This document shows, piece by piece, positions 52,518-64,000 of a stretch of 64,000 bases of DNA. Within the stretch, counting starts at the first letter, position 1; every line of letters starts with the position of its first letter. Under the pieces are notes generated by a model. The model saw only the letters and a list, made by a program, of their open reading frames with translations. It was not told the DNA's origin and ran no database searches. This DNA is from Phoronis australis (taxonomy: Eukaryota > Animalia > Phoronida), in assembly GCA_002633005.1 (NCBI GenBank), contig NMRA01000351.1, positions 417,720 to 481,719 on the forward strand, in the 5' to 3' direction. The translations under genes and the position numbers were made by a program.

Positions 52518-53763
52518 GTAAATGTGCGGTCAAAGAGCAAATGTAGAATGGCTTCAGTGGTATGATGTTAATGTGGGAGTTAGCTTTAATCTTTTTTACG
52601 GTCAGACAAAAAATCTGTAAATATGCACAGCGGAATTGGGGTCGCTTTCTGCACACTGGCGACGCATATTTCGTCATCAAGTGGCGTGAAATAAAAAAGT
52701 GCCCACAATTCCTCAAATTCTTTGAAAAGGTCCATGAGTTCAGTTACAGTACAACGCATCGCCACCATCGATTTTACAATGTTTTCAGTAGCTTGAACAG
52801 ATTGAAATTAAAATTAAGAAGTGGCAAGGAAAATGGACCTGACGCTCGCAAAAACATTTAGTGTAGACAGTGTACATTATCCGTTTGCCACAGGCGCCGC
52901 CTTCGTGCATGTAAACGATTCAAGTGCTGGCATTCAACTATGTCCAAACTTTACATGCAATTTGGGTCCAAGATCTTGCGTTCTCAGACTCTACTAAGAC
53001 TCAAACTGTAAATTTCAAGTCCAATTTTGTGAGTTTAGAATGGGAAATTTTCAAGTTGCAACGTTGCTACTAATCACGTGGGGCCGGGTACTACTGGCCA
53101 TTATAGGACTAGGAGATAATTTCAATTTTATTGAAAACTTTTCCGTCTTGTCGCACACACTATGCAGAGGGTATTTTCCCGTATTCAATCGTGTTCGCCT
53201 TTTGTCACCTGCTGCGAAAAAATACCTTCTGGTCCAAACAGGTGGCGATGACAGTCATCGGTCCCAGGTCATCAGCCCTTTTGCGTCATAGAAGTCTCCT
53301 AATGGTCCATTAGCGAGTCGACTTTAGTACAAAAGTATTAGACCTCGGGTCCTCATACATTCATACATGTATGTTTTTATTACTTCACTTGCTTCTTTCT
53401 AAACAGTTGCAAAATATTTTATTGTTATTATGAATATTTTACGACTGTCTTGTAATTCACTGCCTCTGATCAAACGTCTTTAAAATGTTGTATCACCGCT
53501 GTCCATTTACAGTAGTCATACTCGTTTGTGAAACTTCTCTTAGTTTTCGATTGCGGCAGAAATCCTCTTTCGAAATACAGTTTATTTCATCTTTGTCGTC
53601 TCGCGGGGATTCTCTGAATGGATCAAGTTGCTGTAGACAGTCCTACATTTTATTCAAGCTGCAACGAATAAAAAGCTAACTGCTTGATTTGCACATCAAG
53701 TTGAGTGAAAATTTATTCTTCTCTTGACTGCTGTTTAAAAACGAGTCGTAAATTTATGTTCAG

Positions 53764-53893
53764 GTCAGGTGAAAAAGACTGTATCGTAGAGCCACCTATC
53801 GTCAACCGCCTGACAAGTGGCCACCCTGGAGAGGTGTATAGCTACGATCAACAGTGCGTCTTACGTGTTGGCAGGGGGTCGCAATTCTGTCAG
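53764..53893 (+). CDS. Gene 2 exon: end of catalytic domain and start of ADAMTS disintegrin-like module
   Basis: ttcag| and cag|gtgagc; DCIVEPP...HPGEVYSYDQQCVLRVGRGSQFCQ (PGxxYxxxxQC). Confidence 0.9.
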
Positions 53894-54461
53894 GTGAGCT
53901 CGTCGCTTTTAAGATTGTCACGTATTCTCGATCGCCTTTTATCACAGTTTCAGTCTTGTGAGCCAAGCAGAAACTGAACAGGGCAATTCACTCCTCCCAT
54001 AGAATATTTTTCACCTGTTCTTGCACTAATTTACCCGTCTTTTAAAGTCATCATTCACTCAAAACGCATGCTTTCTGAGTTGAGACACAAACCATGTGCT
54101 GTTATTTGAGTTTGACAGTCTTTCCGTTAAGGCGTCAGTAAAGCTTGCTTATTTTACAAACTCTGAAACGAATACGCGTACATTGTACTTGCAGGAAGTA
54201 CACAAAGCTACTCATAGACAAACACCCGCATCTTGGGCACTATTCATTATGTTTGGATCATATTACCACACCTTCTCCTGTCTACTCTTTTCTTGCGAAG
54301 TTGGTGAAATCTCGCAAATCGTCGTGAGATGTTACCGTGCAAGGGAAGCACGCGATCTCGTTAACTTTCGCACGCGAGTTTCTTGCGTTATAGAACCATT
54401 ATCTGTTTGGTTGCTACGAATGAATATACTGGCTAATGTCTGGCCACTTCTTTATTTTTAG

Positions 54462-54648
54462 TGGGTGCATGTGAAATTTCCGGACATCGTATGCGAAGAA
54501 CTGTGGTGCACCGACCCACTTTTTCCACGACATTGTGTGTATGCCGGCGAGCCCGTCTATGGTGCGCCGTGCAACAGCGGCCCCTGGTGTATTGACGGCA
54601 CGTGTATGCCGCAGGAAGTAGGCAAACGTCCACCTATCAACCACATGC
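54462..54648 (+). CDS. Gene 2 exon: ADAMTS disintegrin-like/Cys-rich module
   Basis: ttttag| and c|gtgagt; VCEELWCTDP...HCVYAGEPVYGAPCNSGPWCIDGTC. Confidence 0.9.
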
Positions 54649-55474
54649 GTGAGTTGTAAATTTTGTCTATCCTGAAATTCGTTAACAGAATGAACTCCAC
54701 GTTCCAAACCAACGCGGGGAATTTATATTTCCATTTCGCCATTTCTCAGTTTTCTGTATCATTCATACTGTTTTAGAAATAATGCAAACCAACGAAGATG
54801 CTTACATATGTCCATGTAAGCTATAGATTACTGATACCAGATAGCTACAGAGTATTTCATTGAGAAAATGGTTTGGTCAATGCAAGTGATAAAATCTGCG
54901 AAGATGGTTTACATTATTTACATCAATAGCATACGCGAGTTGATTTTCCCGTGTAATTTCTATTATTGTTCAGTTTGTATAGGATAAAGTATTACAGTAT
55001 ACAGTTTAGAGAGATGTCTGTGACATTGTTTCTGATCTTGTCATTGTTGGTCACTCGTCCCACAATTATACTTGCCACATCTCTAATGACCATTTACGTG
55101 TAGGACTAATATACGTTTGACTGCTCCATAGTGAGTTCCAATACTGACATAATAAATACATTCTAAATTTCTCGTCAGCCTTAACTCAGGAACGTTTTGC
55201 GACCTAAGTGTTGCTTTGGCCTCCGCGAGGGAGGATATACGGTGGTTGTGTACACCCCTACATGTACGTGCTGGGAGCAATTTCTAATCCGCTGAATGCG
55301 TTTGTCTCCCTTCAACTTCGTGAAATCAGCAAGCATGCGTCATGCACTTACATGGTCGTAAGTAAAAACATGGCGCACACCACGAAGTGGTTTACGATGA
55401 TATATCAGCTAGTGACTTTTCGTCATAGATTACTTAGTATGATACTAATGCGGTCTAAATTCCTTGTTTTTCAG

Positions 55475-55660
55475 TTATATGTTGTCCATTGCCTCAGAAA
55501 TTAATCGAGAACGGTCACCTCACAAACTATGACCACGAATTGTGGCTTGACGCCGAGGCACACTACTCGTGTGCTCCTGGCTACAGTGTTCATGGTGGCA
55601 ACATGGTGAGAACGTGTGGTAGTGACGCTAGGTGGAGTGGCCAGCTGCCGGTTTGTACAA
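55475..55660 (+). CDS. Gene 2 exon: Sushi/CCP domain
   Basis: tttcag| and a|gtgagt; 186 bp phase 1-1; CPLP...IENG...AHYSCAPGYSVHGGNMVRTCGSDARWSGQLPVCT. Confidence 0.88.
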
Positions 55661-55818
55661 GTGAGTGTTAAAATGAACGTGTTTGTGTTTCGTGGTTAAA
55701 AGAAATACTGTTCGATTTCTGTGGACCTGCAAAGTAAAAGAAGCGAAGGCACTTTTTTTCTAGGAGGTTAATTAGAAACCGAAAAAAAAATTGTCTCACG
55801 CTTTTATTTTTATTTCAG

Positions 55819-58280
55819 AGACAAGAAATGTCACAACGCTGGACAATTCAAGTGGTAATGTCTCTCAGTATCAGTGGCCTCGTGGTGGAACACTCAACTC
55901 TGAAAATCAGTGGGAGTTCGTACCAACACAACGCGCAATATTAACAACAATACGTACATCCACGTTGCTTCAACCGTCACTGCAGACATCATCTTTTTCA
56001 GTGACTGGCATAACACCCTCCTCGTCATCCTCAGACACCCTGCCATCTCTATCCTCATCATCACCTTCGGAGTCACCAATACAGTCTTTATTACAATCTC
56101 CGTCATCGTCCAGACATGACTCTTCACTGACATTGTGTTTATCCTCAACAGAGTTGCTAGTTTCTACACCTTCCTTACTGTCCCTAAATTCATCGGGTCT
56201 TGATTCGTTGATACAACCTCACTCTGTATCGACAGCCCCTCTAACGCCGACACTGGTCCTGGTTCCCACACTTACACCATTTTCCAACGATTCATCCCGC
56301 CTTAGTTCATTGACCCGCCATTCTAACTCATCGGCAATCCATACATCTCCCACACAGTCTCGGGCTATCGCACCTTCGCCGTTGTTCATTAATTCATTCA
56401 CCCGTAATCACTCGTTATCCATGGCACCAGTATCTCCAACACAGTCTCAAATCTTTGCACCTTCGCCATCTTCATCATATACATTATTACGCAAACCGGC
56501 AACTGTAACTGTACCCTCCAAAGCGTCATTAACTGTTTCCATGCCACCATCGTCTTCTGCTGCCTTAATTACTGATTCATTCTCTTTTCTATACCCATTG
56601 CCATCACCAGTTTCTTCACCACTGGATGTATCACCACCCTCACTAAATAACCTCCTAAGGTCAGAGAAGACGTCAAGTACAGCGTTACCATTAACATCTG
56701 CGTCTTTGCTGCCTGGATCAGTCTCGTCCCAGCTCGCGTATTCCTCTTTGACTCTGCCTTCGTTCTCATTACATCCACCATCTTTGGAATCACGGTCTGC
56801 ATCAACGAATACACATCCCCCAATGGCTCTATTACAATCATCTAAACACATTCCTTCTTCATTCTCAGTGTCGCCATTATCAGGCATAACACAACTGAGG
56901 TTAACTCCACTTTTGTCTTTGAAAAGTTCTCTTTCACCAGACGATTCAGTCAAATTCCGATCTTCTCTAGATCAGCCATCCTTTGTAACAAAGTCTGCTC
57001 AACCTGTTTCTTTACCACCGCTCGAAATACCTATGTCCAAATCAATCGTGCCATCATCAAACTATGTATTGATATCCTCATCATCGTCATCTTTATCTTC
57101 AGAATCGTCTTCATCTTTTTTGTCACCATTATTATCACCATCATCATCACCACCACCGTCTTTATCACTAACGTCATCGTCATTTCCGTTACTACCATCA
57201 TCCTCATCCTCATCAATATCGCCATCACGATCGCTACCATCAGCATTCATATCACCGTCACGACATCCATCTTCATTATCTATATCATCCTCATCGTCAT
57301 CATCGCCAGCATCCTCAACATCGAGAACAGCTAATACTTATAGATCCTATCAATCGATACCAGTGCTCACAGAACCCGTTGACGTGTCACTGTCCCAGTC
57401 AGTCACCTTGTTGCCTTTATCGCACGGCGTAGTTAACCCCACCAAGCTGTCCTCATTTGATCCCACAATGTCAACACAAACACACGCATTTCATCCTGAC
57501 AAAAATGTTACTGAAACAGCAACAAGGGTTCAATTTACAGAGCGAATTCACGCTTCCTCTAATTCTCCGTCGAAGCTAATTCCCGACTCCTCTATTACTA
57601 CGACAGAACCAGTGGACGTCTTCCTTGGTACTTCGATGGAAACCCTTCTTGCCTCCATTACCACTACAGATCTGATTAACGCTTCTAGTAGGACGAACAC
57701 ATCACGTGACACAAAGTCTCGTGGGTCACCAAAATGGAGAGACACTGAGAACCATCTTAGAATAGAGACGGGAGATGTTTTGTCTCAACATCCTGCGAGT
57801 TATATACAGCCTACGTTCAGTAGTCTCTTGCAGTTAATGGACGAAGAGTCCAGTTCATTGCGCTCGTCAGAATCATCGGGAACACTGGTTGCCGATACCG
57901 GCGTATCCATGAAGGGCTCTGTAGTCCGAGAAACGTCACACGTGAGGGAATGGCTGTCGGTCACATCACAGACAATAAGAAAGGCGACTCTGGTAGCAAT
58001 CCACTCAGTGGTCAACAGTGACGTCACAAAAGTTACCCAACAAGTTGTGCTGTCACCAACGCTGACGTCACGAGTGGAAGGAACAATTGCGCAGATACTA
58101 ATGAGCATCAGAAACACGACAAACAAGCAAGTATTGTCGCAGGAGACGAACCAGACTGTAATAAACAGCACCTTGTTTGCTGGCGAACAAAGTAGAAACG
58201 CGGCGACGAGTTCGATAGTGAACTTAGTTACAGGGCAAAGAGAGCTCAAGATAACCAAGTTCTTTCGCACAACTAACCAG
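55819..58280 (+). CDS. Gene 2 giant exon: Ser/Thr/Pro-rich mucin-like region (~820 aa)
   Basis: tttcag| phase-1 acceptor in frame with the Sushi exon; 2462-bp stop-free ORF dominated by S/T/P/L; cag|gtaaca donor. Confidence 0.8.
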
Positions 58281-58366
58281 GTAACACTTCGTCACTCCGG
58301 AAAGTAGTTTTGATGAATGCTAAATGTGAGGTCGAATTCTTCATGCTTTTATGGCTGTTGTCCTTA

Positions 58367-60057
58367 AGGCGAATGCCACCCGATTTAATTAGTCTTTTTT
58401 GACGTCTTAGTCGGTCTATTTCCACATCGCCTCGCATACGGTCGACATTACCTTGCCAAGAGTTGTCGCGTTAACCTGTGAGGAAGGTGAGAAACGACGC
58501 TAGCAACGTCAGTGGTTCATATGCAGAGTGAACGTCGCTACAGTATGTTGCGGTGTATCGTTCCCGCTTGTCCGAACTAAGCAGCCGCGAGGAAAGCGAG
58601 TATATCGTTTTTTTACTTCCTCGAGAGTCCGAAATGCTTAGGAAGTGGCTCATGGTAGTGAAGAACGAAATGTACGCTGTAAATAGCAAGTATGAGACCA
58701 TGAAACATCTTCGTATCTGTGGCCTGCAGACGACGTCAGCAGTGCCTCACGAATGCCGGGTTACCAAATAACTCCATGCGTTCCGTTGTCTGAGTTTGTT
58801 CACGGCGCCTCTCTAGTATTTCTTCATCACTGTATTCCTGTTCGAATTGATAGCCTGTAAAACTTAACGATCCACATGCGAAGTCGGGATTGATGAGCCG
58901 CTCTAGCTTGTCCTAAGTCGGGATTGCGAGTTGCCATGTTGGCGTTTATTACTGAGCGTTCTGTTTCAAAATGAATTATTCTCACCCTAACCAATACTTA
59001 TATAAAACTGAAACAAAGTCTGTCTCATTAGATGCAATTTGTAATGCCTTTGGAGTGTTCGTGAGTGCACGAAATGATTTGAGAAGCCAGCAATGAATAA
59101 ATCACTGCGTTACCGGCTTTAGGTGCAATAAAACTAATTGACGGGACACCGCGAGGCCGTGTGAGCTCATGCTAATTTAGTGTTTGCTGGCAGAAACTGT
59201 TGTGAAACAACTCGATTTCTATCCCACGACTAGGTGTTAGGGGAATCTTTATTTACATTTACATTACTCAAAGTAATGATTGTCAATGTACAACTTCTGC
59301 CCTGACGGTGCTGTGGCCAAAGCGGAACTGAATTCGTGGTCCCCGACGAGTAAGTAGATTTGGAGTTTTGTGGCTAATCCACCAACATAATCACGTGCAC
59401 ATTACTTTGGCTCACTAGTATAGTATTTTCTTGACTGGAAGTTTAGTTTCCACTGAACTTGGGCTGGTTAGTTCGTGATGTCTGATCAGTTTCCGAGCCA
59501 CTGGCCGGGATAACGAGTCAATCCGGCCGGCCGCGACGGGCCTGATCGGGCTCCGAGCCACTGGCCAGGATAACAAGCGTTTTGTGTTTAGAACTCAGAA
59601 AATCAGAAGACTAAACAACACAGATCTAGGTTCTCCTGTCTGTATCTCACGGAAAATACTTCGAAATTATCTCCGAACATACCCCAAACTCCTGCTACGG
59701 ACCTTATTGGCCTGCCGAACTTTGTAGGCTACGGTGTGTCCAAATACCAATAAATCCGTAAGAGCGAAATAAAAGAACACGTTTTTGTAAGAACTCGGTG
59801 TATTTTTAAGGGTTTTACATCGAAGTTTGATGATTTATTGGTGATAAACGTTGACTCCAAGCGATAAGCTGACACCAGTAACCCGTGTTGTATACTGCTG
59901 AACAGAATGCGTGTGAAACCGATGACGTAATTGGATAATTTCAACACCTCCGTCTGCCGTCAGTTGTCCGGTAACGCAACCGCACGTGTCGTTATGGAGT
60001 AGAACTACTCGATCTAAATTGATACAAATTAGGTTGTTTTTTGGGTGGCATGCTCCT
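58367..60057 (+). mobile_element. Kolobok-like family, copy 2
   Basis: CTTA|AGGCGAATGCCACCC ... GGGTGGCATGCTCCT|TTAG; colinear with 7150-9269; from 58545 MLRCIVPACPN*...LPRESEMLRKWL (THAP); - strand GYQFEQEYSDEE at ~58800-58856. Confidence 0.8.
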
Positions 60058-60444
60058 TTAGCGGTCCATAATTTTGGCAATCAGCCAAGAAAGTTGTCTT
60101 TAGCTACTAGTTCTGTATTACTGAAAAACGATTCTGCCAACGCGTTGTTAGTTCACCACGGTTTCGCTATAATTTAGAAAACAATCATGTGATTGATACA
60201 TTCTCACAGAGTTTGTACTTTACTAAAGTCAGATTAAATTGTACTTGGAGATTTAATTTCAGACATACATGTACATGTATCTGAAGTTTAGTTTGATGAT
60301 AAATATCCCGGAGGATGATTGACAATTATATAACGAGAGTAAACGAATACTGTCAATTACCCTCCCTCGAAATATGTTTTCCCAATACTGCTCCTTTGAA
60401 AACACGTGACCTCTTCCTCATGATTACTTGTTTTCTTGTTTCAG

Positions 60445-60475
60445 TTCATGATAACTACACCGGAACCGAAGTCAA
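60445..60475 (+). CDS. Gene 2 candidate micro-exon (FMITTPEPKS); the gene probably continues downstream
   Basis: Strong pyrimidine tract tttcag| and a|gtaagt donor; phase-0 start matches the donor at 58280. Confidence 0.55.
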
Positions 60476-63117
60476 GTAAGTACATGTAAAGTTTGTGAAA
60501 ACCCATAATCTGTCAACTTATACATGAATTTTAACAAAAACCTGTTTCGCTAAAATCATTTACAAATTACAATCCTTTAACACGATTTCAATTATAACAA
60601 AATTAGTAGAACTAAACAGAAATTTTTTAATTCAATTCTTGAATTTCTGTTGGTGCATCGACAAAATGGCCGCCACTATTGAACGACACTTGGCTGAGGC
60701 TTTTCAGGAACTCGTAGAACACGCGAACGAGAACTGTAATTCACAAGATGGTCCTACTTACTGACGATAAGTGATATCTTTCGAGTCCACGTCCATAAAA
60801 AGTATTGTCAATTTAAATAACTTTCTTAATAGTGTTAAAAATTAATGATTATTCTTTATTTTCGTAATACCTACCCATGAACATTCGCATTAGAACTGCA
60901 TATTTTTTGCTTTACCTAAGTTTCTCTGTTCTTGTGATAAACTCTAAACATAATCACGCCGCGTATAATACCTTTGGAGACCTGCGTTCCTCACAGAACA
61001 AAGTGTTTTTTTTTTTTCTAGAATGCTCGTCAATAACGCCACTGTCCCTGGTTTGTTACGCAGTCGTCGCTACCACACTGATGGTGCTCCAGAGGTGACA
61101 CTCGTAGACTCTTCAGTGTACCACGTGCAAATGTACACTGTAGATCAGGACTCGGGCTCTATTGTTTGTACTCGAAATAAAAAGTAGTTTTGACATTTTC
61201 CATTCTTCTTTAGTACAGACTGTCTATGCTCAAGTGTGTTATGGTTTACGTTTTACGTTTGAATCCAAAATCAAAAATTCGAGTTTTTACTCGAAATCTA
61301 AACTTTTTTCTCTAGCTTGTGGCTCGAATCTAAATGTCATCGAGTGGGCGAACGTGTACTGGAAACTCATCTCCGTAAAGTATACCCTAATATACTCATG
61401 TATATGCCGAACTCATACATGTACAAAAGGCAAGACGGGCAGTGTCAAAAACACTTTCGAAATTTCCATTACAGAGATTAGACCACTGGTCCTGTAGTTT
61501 GTTAAGAAAACATTCCTTAGGCTATTAAATGTTGCGTATCTACACACAAAAATCATGTTGTATCACGCATTTCTGTAATTCAACCCATCTCTTTGACGAA
61601 TATGCATGTACGTGCTTGTGCAATAATACTGTAAGTTCCCAGTTAAACGCAGATTGCTTGTGAGGTAGTGTAGACTACGTAGTCCTTGATAAACGTATGT
61701 GATACTGTCTATTAGTAAACGGATGTGAGATGTTATTATTCACAGATATATGTTTGTGAGATATTTTTGTTCATTGTTGAACCCGTATGTTATATTATTG
61801 TTCACGAAATTATGCAGATACTACTGTTCATTGATACACGTTGATGGAGTATATTATTATGGGATATATTGTTATGGGATATATTGTTATGGGATATATT
61901 ATGAGACGCATTGTTATTTTAGAACTAATGCACAGTTGCAGCTAATTTGTACTTTTTGAAATCGTTTTCATTCATAAATTGTTCTTTTCATGTGACTCCA
62001 GACTGGTCTCGACAAGTTCGGTTTTTATCGTTCGTGATCATGTGCCATGTAAATAAGATTTTTGTAAGATATTTTTGGGACGCTCTTCTCTCACAACGTC
62101 TGTTGGGTTGGACAATGTGTAAAGGCAGATCTTGCTACGATGAAAACTGATCTGTTTAAGCAAATAACATTTATTAACATTTATGAGTTTTAATTCTGCA
62201 AAATGGAGGCGTTTGTAACACAACACATATATTATTTTCATTTCCATGATATTCAAGCGATATGTCGCAACTAATCCAATTGCCCTATTCAAAATTGTCC
62301 ATTGACGGCACCTTTGGCTGGGAAAGTGACGTTTTGGTTACACCGTAAATACATTCGCAAAGTTAAAAGGGCAATGTTCCAAAAACTCACTTTAACGCTG
62401 TCAAAGCCTATTCTTAGATGATGATCTACCGATAACACGCCAAAATTCTTCAAAAGCACTGAATTAACTTGAAAACTCCCAATGTTATTTCCTGTGGCGC
62501 ATCGCAAAAAAATAATAAAAAACTGGGAAGTCGAATAACGCCCAATTACACTTCTTAACCCTTATATTGGCAGTACGACCCAAATGCACACATAGTTTGA
62601 ATTCACGAAGTGATTCCTACTTTTGTGGCATGTTTCGATTGATGAAACTCATTTATTGTATTACATGTAAATTAACGAAAACAAAGGAAAAGTTGATTGA
62701 TTGTACTTCAACTTCCGAATACTGACGGCATAACGACAGTAGGAGTGCTCAGATTGTCCTACGCCGTATTGCATCCTCGGTAGACGAGCTTGTTCGGGGT
62801 CGCTTGATCTGGCAACTTAGTCAGTTTGTTGTTGGTCGACCTAAAATTGAACAAGAGTGAAGCTCAAAAACATATAAATGTCCACTCGGAAACAGCACAC
62901 TGAATAGCAAAATGTCACATGACCAGTGCGGTGGTCTGAAACGTGTTGTTTACGGAAAAAGAAACGTGATAACTGCAGATTAAACCGGCCTTTTGCATGA
63001 TGACATGTACATGTAGGAAGCTACACGTAGGTGGAATTATGTGCAATATCCTTTTGCGCCATGTTTCTAGCCTGTTACCGCACAGCGGGAATTCGCCTGG
63101 GGTTTGTAAGACTTCAT

Positions 63118-63702
63118 CAGGGGTACAAAAGAATCATGCGCAAGAGCATGGCATCTTACACACGAATCACCTACGAACCTATATGAATTATGCTTACGAA
63201 CCCAAACACCATGCATACGAACACAAATCCTGTACGCATGATCATCCGGATCGTACGCTCGAACCACCAAACGATAAAGTGTTCGTGAGTGTGAATCGCT
63301 ACTCGTGTGTATTATTTTGTGTTCGTATGTATGATTTTTGTTGTTCGTATGCATGCGTGCCCCCAGGGAGGGGGGGCTCGAGAGGCGAAGTGGGCAAAAA
63401 GGTACGCCTGTGAGAAAAAAAGGTGAGAAAATGAGACAAAATACCAGTAAACAAACGCGCATTTCACAGTGGTGAGCCCGTTTTTTTTTCTAGCCCGCCG
63501 GCTATTTTGTTATCAAAAGGTCCACAACGTTAGGAATTTGAGCCCCGCATAGTGAAGGCTGGGTGCGCGCATACTAGGCGTGATTTTTTGGGTTTGTATG
63601 CATGATTCAAACGTTCGTATGTGTACATGTATGATTATTAAGTTCGTAGCTGGTTCGTGCCTAAGATGCGATGCTCCTGGCTATGATTCTATGGCACCCC
63701 TG
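63118..63702. mobile_element. Diverged long-TIR element with the ~240-bp MITE nested at 63352-63573
   Basis: CAGGGGTACAAAAGAATCATG...GCATCTTA..CACGAA is the inverted match of TTCGTG..TAAGATGC...ATGATTCTATGGCACCCCTG. Confidence 0.55.
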
Positions 63703-64000
63703 TTTATGCTAGTTTTCGGAACTTGTGCGAGGTTACGCAACATAAAAAGATTAATGCACTTCGCAAAGGTAGTGAGGATGCGAAAATACGATTCAGATAA
63801 GAGCACTTAAGGTAGGTGTATACACTGATCAAATCTCCAGGTTCCTAACTAAAATGAGTAAAAAGGGAGTTTTAACTGGTTAGACATGACTCTGAAAGTG
63901 ACAAAAATCGAAAAAAATGTTTTCTTTGTAGTTCGTTTTTTTAAAAAATCGTATTTTTTAATTTTCAACAAATCCAATTTTACCTCGAATTTTTTTTCAA

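Noticed and set aside
55180-55357. Additional gene 2 exon between the Cys-rich and Sushi exons
   Set aside because: The phase-compatible frame from the obvious acceptor hits a stop; no domain pattern.
56219-58270. Minus-strand acidic ORFs (e.g. the Asp-rich 57062-57250)
   Set aside because: Antisense shadows of the Ser-rich mucin exon (TCA/TCG read as GAT/GAC in a shifted frame).

Overview
Eukaryotic, AT-rich, intron- and repeat-rich animal DNA. It looks like a marine invertebrate (inference only); there are no prokaryotic features, and most six-frame ORFs are spurious or exon fragments. Reading splice sites by hand gives two + strand multi-exon genes. Gene 1 (5' end lies upstream of the window, exons 1843-19049) is an SVEP1/Uninflatable-like type I membrane protein: HYR, [Sushi, furin-site SEA-like region, GCC2/GCC3], EGF, EGF, TSP1, a second [Sushi, furin-site region, GCC2/GCC3], then a TM helix. 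Gene 2 (29156 to at least 60475) is an M12B/ADAMTS-type zinc metalloprotease (HELAHSLGVDHD) whose disintegrin-like module is followed by a Sushi domain and a ~820-aa Ser/Thr/Pro mucin exon rather than TSP1. Introns and the intergenic region hold decayed transposons: three copies of a Kolobok-like family with THAP and P2X7-ballast/KolX-like remnants, two Penelope-like relics, two IS3EU-like MITEs with 6-bp TSDs, a 10-bp-TSD MITE, a Helentron-like repeat and other MITEs. Two near-identical tandem duplications each meet at a single N and are probably assembly (haplotype) artefacts. Exon models are hand-derived and not supported by transcript data.
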